Below, one piece after another: positions 42,121 to 50,787 of a DNA stretch of 54,377 nt (the stretch's first letter is position 1; every line of letters begins with the position of its first letter). The notes beneath the pieces are model-generated. The model was not told where the DNA came from, searched no databases, and saw nothing but the letters and a program-made list of their open reading frames with translations. A program made the position numbers and the translations under genes. Origin of the DNA: an uncultured Gammaproteobacteria bacterium (GTDB taxonomy: Bacteria; Patescibacteriota; Microgenomatia; Levybacterales; UBA12049); the NCBI GenBank assembly GCA_964408485.1, contig CAYOZJ010000004.1, positions 74,685 to 129,061 on the forward strand. Reading direction: 5' to 3'.

Positions 42121-43188
42121 ATGCGTATTGGTATCTATGACCCCTACTTAGACGATTTGGGAGGTGGGGAAAAATACATGATGAGTATTGCATCGTGTCT
42201 GTCTAGTACCAACCAAATAGACGTATTTTGGGATAAAAAAGAGGATATTGATACACTGTTAAAGCGGTTTCAGCTGGACTTATCGAAGGTCAGTCTTGTT
42301 AAAAATATCTTTGCGTCCTCAGTTAGTCTTTGGGGACGCTTATCGGCATCGCGAAAATATGATGCAATCATTTTCTTAAGCGATGGAAGTATTCCGCTTC
42401 TTGCATCAAAAAAACTCTTTCTTCACATCCAACAACCATTAGAACAAGTGCAAACAAAAAGCATTTTTGGAAAATTAAAACTAAAACGGGTTACAAATGT
42501 TTTCTGCAACTCTTTGTATACGAAAAACTTTACCGATAAACTTCTGGGAACAAATGCAAAGGTAATATTCCCTCCTGTATCTATTCATGCTAAAAAAGCC
42601 AAAAAGGAAAATATCATTTTGCATGTGGGAAGATTTCGTGTGAAGAATGTTTCGTTAGGTGATTATAAAAAACAAAGCGTCATGGTTGATGCGTTTAAAG
42701 AAATGGTAACAAAAGGATTGAAGAATTGGAAATTTGTCTTGGCTGTTGGAGTAATGGATCAGGATAAAAAGGAATTTTCTGCTATGCAGGAAAGTGCAAA
42801 AGGATATCCCATTGAATTCAAAGTGAATAAGTCAAATGAAGAACTTTGGGATATTTACTCCAAAGCGAAAATTTATTGGCATGCAAGTGGGTTCGGTGAG
42901 GATTTAGGAAAACATCCTGAGTTTGCAGAGCATTTTGGTATATCAACTGTGGAGGCAATGGGCGCGGGCGTTGTCCCTGTTGTTATTTGTGCTGGGGGGC
43001 AGAAAGAAATTGTAACCAATGGAGAAAATGGATTACTATGGAATTCGATCAAAGAACTGCAAGATGAGACCACCCATTTGATAAAAGATTCAAAGCTACT
43101 CCAAAAACTGTCTGAAAATGCCAAAAAGCGCGCAATGGATTTTAGCTATGAAGCTTTTTCAAAACGAATCCATGAATTAGTGCTATGA
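42121..43188 (+). CDS. GT4 (GT-B fold) glycosyltransferase
   Basis: 355 aa. C-terminal EX7E region FAEHFGISTVEAMGAGVVPVVICAGGQKEIV. Confidence 0.75.
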   Translation: MRIGIYDPYLDDLGGGEKYMMSIASCLSSTNQIDVFWDKKEDIDTLLKRFQLDLSKVSLVKNIFASSVSLWGRLSASRKYDAIIFLSDGSIPLLASKKLFLHIQQPLEQVQTKSIFGKLKLKRVTNVFCNSLYTKNFTDKLLGTNAKVIFPPVSIHAKKAKKENIILHVGRFRVKNVSLGDYKKQSVMVDAFKEMVTKGLKNWKFVLAVGVMDQDKKEFSAMQESAKGYPIEFKVNKSNEELWDIYSKAKIYWHASGFGEDLGKHPEFAEHFGISTVEAMGAGVVPVVICAGGQKEIVTNGENGLLWNSIKELQDETTHLIKDSKLLQKLSENAKKRAMDFSYEAFSKRIHELVL

Positions 43189-45416
43189 AAAAAATATTTC
43201 CACTTCTTTTCATTGCTATCGTAGTTGCGGTTTTCTTTAGGCCATTTTTGTTTAAAAATCTTCTCCCAGTCCCATCAGATACAATTATCGGTTTATATAA
43301 TCCCTTTCGCGATTTGTACGCCAAAGATTTTCCACGGGGAATTCCTTTTAAAAATTTTCTGATAACCGATCCAGTAAGACAACAATATCCATGGCGTTTT
43401 GAAAGTCTCTTACAAGAAAAGAAATGGCAATTACCTCTCTGGAATCCATATAATTTTGCCGGTACACCACTTCTTGCTAATCAACAATCAGCAGCACTTA
43501 CCCCATTTAATCTACTGTTTTTTGTTTTGCCTTTCCCAGTCTCATGGAGTTTGCTCATTGTTTTACAACCTCTTCTTGCGGGAATATTTTTGTATTTTTA
43601 CTTGAGAAACCTCAAGATACGTCTTTTGCCAAGCCTTTTTGGAGCAATGGCATTTATTTTTTCTGGATTTTTTGTTTCGTGGCTTGAATGGGGGACAATT
43701 GACGCAACAGTCCTATGGTTTCCTCTTATCTTGTTATCCGTTGATAAAATTTTTGGAGAAAAAAAATATATGTGGTATTGGGTATATTTTCTTGCCAATA
43801 GTATTGCTTTTTTCTCCGGACATTTGCAAACATTTATCTACATGGTGTTGTTTGCCCATGCCTATATAGGAATAAGACTGATTTCTTCTAAAGAAAGAGT
43901 AAAAACGATTTTGATTGGTTTGCCATTGGGAATTTTTACAATTGCCATTACTTCCATGTTATGGTTTCCCCTTGTACAATTCATTTTTCTTTCTGGAAGA
44001 AATGCTGATTTAATTATTTCTGAGGGTTGGTTTATTCCTTTTCAGCATCTCATTACGTTTTTTGTCCCCGATTTTTTTGGCAATCCGACAACGCTTAATT
44101 ATTGGGGTGTGTGGAATTATGCAGAATTGACAGGATACATTGGTATCCCAGCGCTTATTTTTGCATTCTTCGTCTTCGTTGAAAAAGTACGGAAAATCGA
44201 ATGGTTTTTTGGTGCAGCAGTTGTTATCGCATTTCTTTTTGCACTCCCAACGCCACTTGCTCAGTTGCCACTCGTGTTCCATATTCCATTCCTTTCAACA
44301 GCACAACCAACAAGGCTCCTTTCCATAATTGATTTTTCTCTTTGTGTGTTAGCGGCATTTGGTATGGAAAAATTTTTAGAGAGAAAATCTTTGAGATTTT
44401 TTATTCCTCTTTTTCTAAGCTTGGTTGTTTTTGCGTTTGCATGGAGTATTGTCTTTTTTCCAAAAATACTATTCTCCACAATTTCACTGGAAAATATTCT
44501 TGTTGCAAAACATAATCTTATTTTCCCAACAAGTGTTTTTGCTATTAGCACTACCTTGATTGTAGCTGCTGTTATTTTTAGAAAAAAACAGAATATCTTT
44601 CTTATGGTACTTTCCTGCCTTTTACTGCTGAATATTGTTGACACAATGCGGTTTGCAGAAAAATTTACGCCATTTACTCCACAACAATATCTTTTCCCTA
44701 CAACAAAAGCTTTAGAGTTTTTGCAAACTCATGCTGGAGACTACCGTGTTATGGAGACTGATAATCAAATTCTTCCTCCCAACTTTTCTCTTATGTACCA
44801 TATACAAAGTATTGATGGATATGATCCGTTGTATATTAATGAATATGGTCAACTTATTGCAGCGCTTCAGCGTGGAAGACCCGATATCCATATACCTTTT
44901 GGATTTAATCGCTTGATAACTCCTCAAAATTATGAAAATCCAATCATTAATTTACTAGGTGTTAAATATGTTCTATCGCTCAATGAATTGCATTCACCAA
45001 AACTACAGAGTGTTTTTACAGAAGGAGCAACGCATATCTATAAGAATAAAGATGTTTTCCCACGCGCATTCTTTGTTGAGTCTCTCAAGAATGCGAATAG
45101 TCAACAAGAAGCAATCAATTTCTTGTTTGACGTGTCTCAAAATCTAAGAAAAAATGCTATTGCATTTCATGTAAAGCCTAAAGAAAATCTTTCTGAAGGG
45201 AGGGTAACAATTCTCCAATACTCGGCCAATAAGATTGTTATACAAACAGAAAATGCATCTGATGGATTTCTTATTCTAACTGACGCCTATTACCCAACAT
45301 GGCATGCAGCTGTGGATGGGAAAGAAACAAAAATCTATCCAACAGATTTGGCTCTTAGGGGAATATTTGTTCCGAAGGGTGTGCATATAGTAGAGTTTAG
45401 GGATCAATTGTTTTAG
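43185..45416 (+). CDS. YfhO-like polytopic membrane glycosyltransferase candidate (paralog 3; no terminal TM helix)
   Basis: 743 aa. Blocks QYPWRFE..WQLPLWNPYNFAGTPLLANQQSAALTP and ILTDAYYPTWHAAVDGKE..FVPKGVHIVEFRDQLF, ending at the stop. Confidence 0.7.
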   Translation: MKKIFPLLFIAIVVAVFFRPFLFKNLLPVPSDTIIGLYNPFRDLYAKDFPRGIPFKNFLITDPVRQQYPWRFESLLQEKKWQLPLWNPYNFAGTPLLANQQSAALTPFNLLFFVLPFPVSWSLLIVLQPLLAGIFLYFYLRNLKIRLLPSLFGAMAFIFSGFFVSWLEWGTIDATVLWFPLILLSVDKIFGEKKYMWYWVYFLANSIAFFSGHLQTFIYMVLFAHAYIGIRLISSKERVKTILIGLPLGIFTIAITSMLWFPLVQFIFLSGRNADLIISEGWFIPFQHLITFFVPDFFGNPTTLNYWGVWNYAELTGYIGIPALIFAFFVFVEKVRKIEWFFGAAVVIAFLFALPTPLAQLPLVFHIPFLSTAQPTRLLSIIDFSLCVLAAFGMEKFLERKSLRFFIPLFLSLVVFAFAWSIVFFPKILFSTISLENILVAKHNLIFPTSVFAISTTLIVAAVIFRKKQNIFLMVLSCLLLLNIVDTMRFAEKFTPFTPQQYLFPTTKALEFLQTHAGDYRVMETDNQILPPNFSLMYHIQSIDGYDPLYINEYGQLIAALQRGRPDIHIPFGFNRLITPQNYENPIINLLGVKYVLSLNELHSPKLQSVFTEGATHIYKNKDVFPRAFFVESLKNANSQQEAINFLFDVSQNLRKNAIAFHVKPKENLSEGRVTILQYSANKIVIQTENASDGFLILTDAYYPTWHAAVDGKETKIYPTDLALRGIFVPKGVHIVEFRDQLF

Positions 45417-45441
45417 AATGGAGAGGAAGACATCATCCCTG

Positions 45442-45462
45442 CCTTCTCCTCAAAGGAGAAGG
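45442..45462 (+). other. Perfect 9-bp stem-loop CCTTCTCCT-CAA-AGGAGAAGG in the YfhO3/GT2 spacer
   Basis: Read directly. The 3' arm is Shine-Dalgarno-like. A second Shine-Dalgarno-like motif, GAGGAG (45468-45473), lies 8 nt before ATG 45482. No T-run follows. Confidence 0.6.
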
Positions 45463-45481
45463 AGATTGAGGAGAAGTATTT

Positions 45482-46435
45482 ATGTTGAATATTAGTATTG
45501 TAATACCCAATTTTAATGGAGAAAAGTTACTTAAGAAAAATCTACCTCGCGTTTTAGCTGTTTTTAAAAGGTATAAAAAAGGAAAAACCCAAGTTATTGT
45601 TAGTGACGATGCCTCAAAGGACAATTCTGTTGAGTATTTGGTAGAGCTTGCAAAAAAAGAAGAAACACTGCTCGTGTTACAAAATAATACAGGGAAAAAT
45701 AAAGGATTTTCAGGAAACGTTGACAAAGGAGTAACAGTAGCAACAGGTGAAATCATTATCCTTCTTAATACCGATGTTGTCCCGCATGAGGATTTTCTTG
45801 AGCCCTTATTACAGCCCTTTCAAGATAAGGATGTTTTCGCAGTGGGGTGCATGGATGAAAGCGTAGAAGATGGAAAAATTGTACTTAGGGGAAGAGGCGT
45901 AGGAAAATGGAGAAGAGGATTTCTTATGCATAAAGCAGGAGACTTAGATGCATCAAATCAAACTCTTTGGGCAAGTTGTGGAAGTGGAGCATTCAGAAAA
46001 AGCATGTGGGATACAGTGGGAGGACTTAATAATGTTTATAATCCATTTTACTGGGAAGATATAGATTTATCATATAAAGCGCAAAAGATGGGATACCGTG
46101 TGCTTTTTGAAAAAAGGAGTATTGTGACTCATGCACACGAGGAAGGGGCAATTAAGAAAAACTATTCGTCATTCAATGTAACAAAAACCGCATATCGAAA
46201 TCAATTCTTCTTTACGTGGCTAAATGCAACTGATACAATCATTTTTGTCCAGCATTTTTTCTTTCTGCCTTATTTTCTTATACGTTCTTTCGTAAAAGGA
46301 GATAGAGCATTTTTAATTGGTTTTTGGAATGCGCTTATTATGCTTCCAAAGGTCTTGCAGGAAAGGAAAAAAATACAAAAACTCGTTAAGAAGTCCGATA
46401 GAGAAGTTATATCATTATTTTCAAGAGAAGCATGA
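45482..46435 (+). CDS. GT2 glycosyltransferase
   Basis: 317 aa. Blocks ISIVIPNFNGEK, VSDDASKDNS, LLNTDVVP and YWEDIDLSYK. Confidence 0.75.
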   Translation: MLNISIVIPNFNGEKLLKKNLPRVLAVFKRYKKGKTQVIVSDDASKDNSVEYLVELAKKEETLLVLQNNTGKNKGFSGNVDKGVTVATGEIIILLNTDVVPHEDFLEPLLQPFQDKDVFAVGCMDESVEDGKIVLRGRGVGKWRRGFLMHKAGDLDASNQTLWASCGSGAFRKSMWDTVGGLNNVYNPFYWEDIDLSYKAQKMGYRVLFEKRSIVTHAHEEGAIKKNYSSFNVTKTAYRNQFFFTWLNATDTIIFVQHFFFLPYFLIRSFVKGDRAFLIGFWNALIMLPKVLQERKKIQKLVKKSDREVISLFSREA

Positions 46436-47157
46436 AATTATCAATTATTGTCCCTGTTTTTAATGAAGAAAAAACAATCGTTCCTGTTTTGGAGCGACTT
46501 GTTGAGCTTGAGCTTCCTCGTGGAATACAGAAGGAAGTTATTGTTATTGATGACGGATCAAAAGATACCACACAAAAGCAGGTAAGAGATTTCCTTGCAA
46601 AAAATAAAAAATGCAATATTACTTTTTTTGAGCATCCAAAAAATTCTGGGAAAGGTGCCGCGGTGCGGACAGGAATAGAAAAGGCAACAGGTGAATATAT
46701 TGTTATTCAAGATGCGGATTTGGAATATAATCCCCATGATATTATCAAACTTCTTGACGAGATAACTCAGCATAATGCAGAAGTTGTCTATGGTACTCGG
46801 CTAAAACGACTTCCTCATTTTGAGAAAGAGGAGAAAACTGGAAGATTCTTGCTCCATTACTTGGGAAATAAATTTTTAAGTCTTGTAACAAGTGTATTGT
46901 ACGGACAATGGATTACAGATATGGAGACATGCTATAAAATGTTTCCTCGAAAAGCGGTACTCCATATGAACCTTACAGCAAGAGGGTTTGAATTCGAACC
47001 AGAAATTACTGCAAAGCTCCTGAAAGCGGGATTCACGATTGTCGAAATTCCCATTCAAACAAAACCCAGGTCATATAGTGAGGGGAAAAAACTCGATACA
47101 GTTAGAGACGGGAAAAAAGCACTTTCTACTCTTTTCGCAGAGCGCTTTTCAAAATAA
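46432..47157 (+). CDS. GT2 glycosyltransferase, DPM1/GtrB-like (candidate polyprenyl-phosphate sugar synthase)
   Basis: 241 aa. Blocks LSIIVPVFNEEKTI, VIDDGSKDTT, NSGKGAAVRTG, IQDADLEY and VVYGTRLKR. Confidence 0.8.
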   Translation: MKLSIIVPVFNEEKTIVPVLERLVELELPRGIQKEVIVIDDGSKDTTQKQVRDFLAKNKKCNITFFEHPKNSGKGAAVRTGIEKATGEYIVIQDADLEYNPHDIIKLLDEITQHNAEVVYGTRLKRLPHFEKEEKTGRFLLHYLGNKFLSLVTSVLYGQWITDMETCYKMFPRKAVLHMNLTARGFEFEPEITAKLLKAGFTIVEIPIQTKPRSYSEGKKLDTVRDGKKALSTLFAERFSK

Positions 47158-49544
47158 TGAGAAAAATCCTCGCGTATTGGCCTATTTGGTTATTTCTTTT
47201 TTTGACCATTTTCCTATTCCGACAATATGTTTTCTTGGGAAAAGTTCCATTCGCTGGCAATTTACTTGTCTCATTTTATGAGCCGTGGAAATCCTATTCA
47301 TGGGGTGGGTATGGATCCAATGGTCCGTCCAATAAGCCAATAGGATTTGATAGCTTACGTATCTTTTATCCACTGCGTAGCCTGACAGTAGATTCCTTTA
47401 AGCATGTTACTCTTCCTCTGTGGAACCCATATGATTTTGCCGGCAATACGCAACTCGCAACATATCAGTCAGCAGTTTTTTTTCCACTCATGCCATTATT
47501 TTTACTTCTTCCTCAAATTGACGCTTGGTCACTTATTGTTTTTCTCGCGCCATTTTTGACAGCACTATTTACCTATCTTTTTCTTCGAAAGTTACCCCTT
47601 TCAAAAAAATCGAGTAGTATCGGTGCTCTTTCTTTTGGATTTTCGGCAGGGATACTTGTCCTCGTTGAAGAATCATTCATGTCGGTATATTCCTTGATGT
47701 TTTTACCCCTTATGCTTTTAGGTATTTATTCATTCTTTCGTGAGAGAAAATTTCGATGGTTTGCCCTTTTTATTATTGGGGGTGTTTTCTCAATTTTTTC
47801 TGGGTGGTTTCAGTCGACGCTGTATGTATTTCTTCTTTCTTTTTCCTGGGTTATCTTTCTCTCTTTCCAACAAAAGCAGTTGAAAAGGGGAGCAATGCTC
47901 ATGGGAGGATTTGGTCTTATCGTGCTTCTGGCTGGACCTCACCTTATTCCTAATATCGAATCATATATATATTCTGCACGGGGAACAACCGATGCACGGT
48001 TTCTCTTTGACATGTATTTACTGAAGCCATGGGAGCTCATCACCGCCATTGCCCCTGATTTTTTTGGTAATCCTGGAACATACAGTTACTTTGGCAGAGG
48101 ATTTTTTTATGAGCGTGTTTTGTCTATTGGTATCGGAGGCCTCATATTAGGTTTGGTTGCGTTACTACGAAATAAGAAGAGTTCTACGGAATGGTTTTTT
48201 AGTATTTCTTGGGTTGTAACCATGCTGCTTGGTATTTCTCTTCCGACAACGTGGTTTATTCTCTATACACTTCATATCCCAATTATTTCAACTATTTTGC
48301 CTTCTCGAATATTTTTACTCAGTACATTTTGTCTTTCCACTCTTGCAGCATATGGTATGGAGTCATTCCTCAAGAATCCTCCTAAAAAAAGTTTTATCGT
48401 TGCAAGTGCCATATTATTTCTTATTCTTGGTGGTGCATGGGCATTCGTTGTGTATCAGAAAATACATCATCCATGGAATGAATACGCAACAATAAGTTTA
48501 AAAAACCTTTTCCTACCAAGTATTCTTGTTGGTGTAGCAGTAGTTGGGGGTATGTTATTGTTATGTAAGCAAAAAAGTAAAAAATATAGTGGGTTTGTTG
48601 TGCTTCTTCTTGTGGCACTTGTTGGGAGTATTTATTTTGCCAATAAATACCTTTATTTCTCAGAAAGACAATTTACATTTCCTGCGTCACCTGTGTTGTC
48701 TCAACTTCAAAAAAAAGCAGGCAATAATAGAGTATGGAGCTATGGTGAAGGGTATGTTATACGAAATTTTTCCTCGCAGTACCATTTGCAGTCACCAGAG
48801 GGATATGACTCATTTTATATTCGGACTTTTGGAGAATTTATCGAGGCATCAAAGAATGGAGGAAAATACACAAAACAGATTCCTCGAGCTGATGCTCAGT
48901 TGGTAAGTGTTAATACTCTTTCAGAGATTGAAAAGAATTTGTCGTTGCGAAAAGCGTTGAATTTATTAGGAGTGCGGTATATCTCTGCAAAAGAAAACTC
49001 CGTAGACGAAACGTTTGTTACCGAACATCCAGAGAGCGGGTTTAAAAAAGTATGGTCTGACTCAGTGTACGTGATATACGAGAATACCAGTGCTTTCCCG
49101 AGAGCATTCTTTGTTGATTCGTATCAAGTTATTAATCCCAAGGATCAACTTTCACTACTATTTTCAAACGCAACTGATTTATCAAAGACCCTTTTATTAC
49201 AAGAGGATCCAAAAATAAAGCAAACAAACAGCAACTTAATTTCATCGACACTAATAAAAGAATATAGACCAGAAAGTATAGCTATTTCTGTACAGACAAA
49301 TAAAACAGCCCTTCTTTTTCTTTCAGACAATAATTATCCAGGATGGAAAGCATACATTGATGGAAAAGAGACCCATATCTTTACAGCAGATCATGCATTT
49401 AGAAGCGTAATCGTACCACGTGGTAGTCATACAATTCTTTTTACCTACCAACCATTATCAGTGTTGCTTGGTTTTGTGAGCTTTTTGGTCGGTCTCTTGC
49501 TTTTTGTCATTTTCGGATTTACGATAAAAGGATCATTTCGATGA
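47157..49544 (+). CDS. YfhO-like polytopic membrane glycosyltransferase candidate (paralog 4)
   Basis: 795 aa. Blocks VTLPLWNPYDFAGNTQLATYQSAVFFP and FLSDNNYPGWKAYIDGKE..IVPRGSHTILFTYQP, followed by a terminal TM helix. TAATG overlap with the upstream GT2. Confidence 0.7.
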   Translation: MRKILAYWPIWLFLFLTIFLFRQYVFLGKVPFAGNLLVSFYEPWKSYSWGGYGSNGPSNKPIGFDSLRIFYPLRSLTVDSFKHVTLPLWNPYDFAGNTQLATYQSAVFFPLMPLFLLLPQIDAWSLIVFLAPFLTALFTYLFLRKLPLSKKSSSIGALSFGFSAGILVLVEESFMSVYSLMFLPLMLLGIYSFFRERKFRWFALFIIGGVFSIFSGWFQSTLYVFLLSFSWVIFLSFQQKQLKRGAMLMGGFGLIVLLAGPHLIPNIESYIYSARGTTDARFLFDMYLLKPWELITAIAPDFFGNPGTYSYFGRGFFYERVLSIGIGGLILGLVALLRNKKSSTEWFFSISWVVTMLLGISLPTTWFILYTLHIPIISTILPSRIFLLSTFCLSTLAAYGMESFLKNPPKKSFIVASAILFLILGGAWAFVVYQKIHHPWNEYATISLKNLFLPSILVGVAVVGGMLLLCKQKSKKYSGFVVLLLVALVGSIYFANKYLYFSERQFTFPASPVLSQLQKKAGNNRVWSYGEGYVIRNFSSQYHLQSPEGYDSFYIRTFGEFIEASKNGGKYTKQIPRADAQLVSVNTLSEIEKNLSLRKALNLLGVRYISAKENSVDETFVTEHPESGFKKVWSDSVYVIYENTSAFPRAFFVDSYQVINPKDQLSLLFSNATDLSKTLLLQEDPKIKQTNSNLISSTLIKEYRPESIAISVQTNKTALLFLSDNNYPGWKAYIDGKETHIFTADHAFRSVIVPRGSHTILFTYQPLSVLLGFVSFLVGLLLFVIFGFTIKGSFR

Positions 49545-50785
49545 AAAGAATTGCACTATCATCTATTCTCCTTTTTTCTTTAGGTATTTATTTTGTCATG
49601 CAAAACAGAATTTCCTGGGGAGACACGCCGTACTGGTTATTTGGAAGTATTTTTGTCTTGCTTTTGGGCAATGTCATCATTGATATGCTTTCTTTAGCAG
49701 AAAAGCAGTATCAATTAATTAAAAATATTTTCCTCTGGGTGATTGTTGTAATTATTTTAGGTTCTGGATTTCTTTCCAGCATGATTGTGAGACACGAGGT
49801 GTCACCTATTTACGGCGTGCATGACATTATCCTTCAACAAGAAGCGGCGATTCGATATTTTGTCCATGGAAAAAATCCTTATAAAGAAACATACTTTAAT
49901 ACCCCCATGCAGGATTGGCATTACTCAGATACGGAAGTAAATCCAGCGCTCTACCATTTCGTAATGGAACCACTGTATTTGCTTTTGCCATTGCCATTTT
50001 ACACGCTGTCAAATCATCTCATTGGTTATTTTGATGCGCGTGAAGTATTGTGGCTTTTATTTGGTGGAGTACTTGTGCTGTCCTTCTTTATTCCGAAAGA
50101 CAACGAAAAAAAACGCATATTGGTAGCGCTTTTAGCATTTAATCCTGCAATGCTTGGATATACCCTGGAAGGAAGGTCTGATATGTTTGGTTACTTCTTT
50201 CTTCTTCTCGCATTTTTCCTTCTTGAAAAAAAGAAATTTTTCTGGGCAGGAATTGTTATGGCGGTTTCATTTCTCATTAAGCAATCCAGTTGGCCAATTT
50301 TTCCTCTGTATGCCATTTTTCTTGCACGGGAAGGTTGGCTTGGGTCCAAGGATATGGCAAAGAGAAGTCTCTTTGTTATTAAAAATATTAGTGGATTTTT
50401 GGTGACATTCATAGTATTTAGTGTCCCGTTTTACATATGGGACAAGAAAGCATACCTTGATAGTACAGTGTATTACTTATCTGGTAATACAGCACATGCA
50501 TACCCAGTTTCAGGATATGGATTTGGTATGATGTTACATCAATTTAATATTATTACGAATGTTCATGCATACTTTCCCTTCCAGCTCTGGCAATTAGGAA
50601 TAGGACTTCCACTACTTACTCTTTTATTATGGTTACTGTGGAAGAAACCAACTGTACAAAAACTTATTGTCTTTTATTCACTTTTTCTTTTTGTATTTTG
50701 GTATTTCTCGCGCTATTTTAATAATAGTCATATCGGATATATTTCAATGGTTCTTATTACTGCGTATCTGTGGCGAGAAGAATAA
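49541..50785 (+). CDS. Polytopic membrane protein, DUF2029/GT87-like GT-C candidate
   Basis: 414 aa. Loop block HDIILQQEAAIRYFVHGKNPYKETYF followed by many TM helices. ATGA overlap with the upstream gene. Confidence 0.4.
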   Translation: MKRIALSSILLFSLGIYFVMQNRISWGDTPYWLFGSIFVLLLGNVIIDMLSLAEKQYQLIKNIFLWVIVVIILGSGFLSSMIVRHEVSPIYGVHDIILQQEAAIRYFVHGKNPYKETYFNTPMQDWHYSDTEVNPALYHFVMEPLYLLLPLPFYTLSNHLIGYFDAREVLWLLFGGVLVLSFFIPKDNEKKRILVALLAFNPAMLGYTLEGRSDMFGYFFLLLAFFLLEKKKFFWAGIVMAVSFLIKQSSWPIFPLYAIFLAREGWLGSKDMAKRSLFVIKNISGFLVTFIVFSVPFYIWDKKAYLDSTVYYLSGNTAHAYPVSGYGFGMMLHQFNIITNVHAYFPFQLWQLGIGLPLLTLLLWLLWKKPTVQKLIVFYSLFLFVFWYFSRYFNNSHIGYISMVLITAYLWREE

Positions 50786-50787
50786 AA

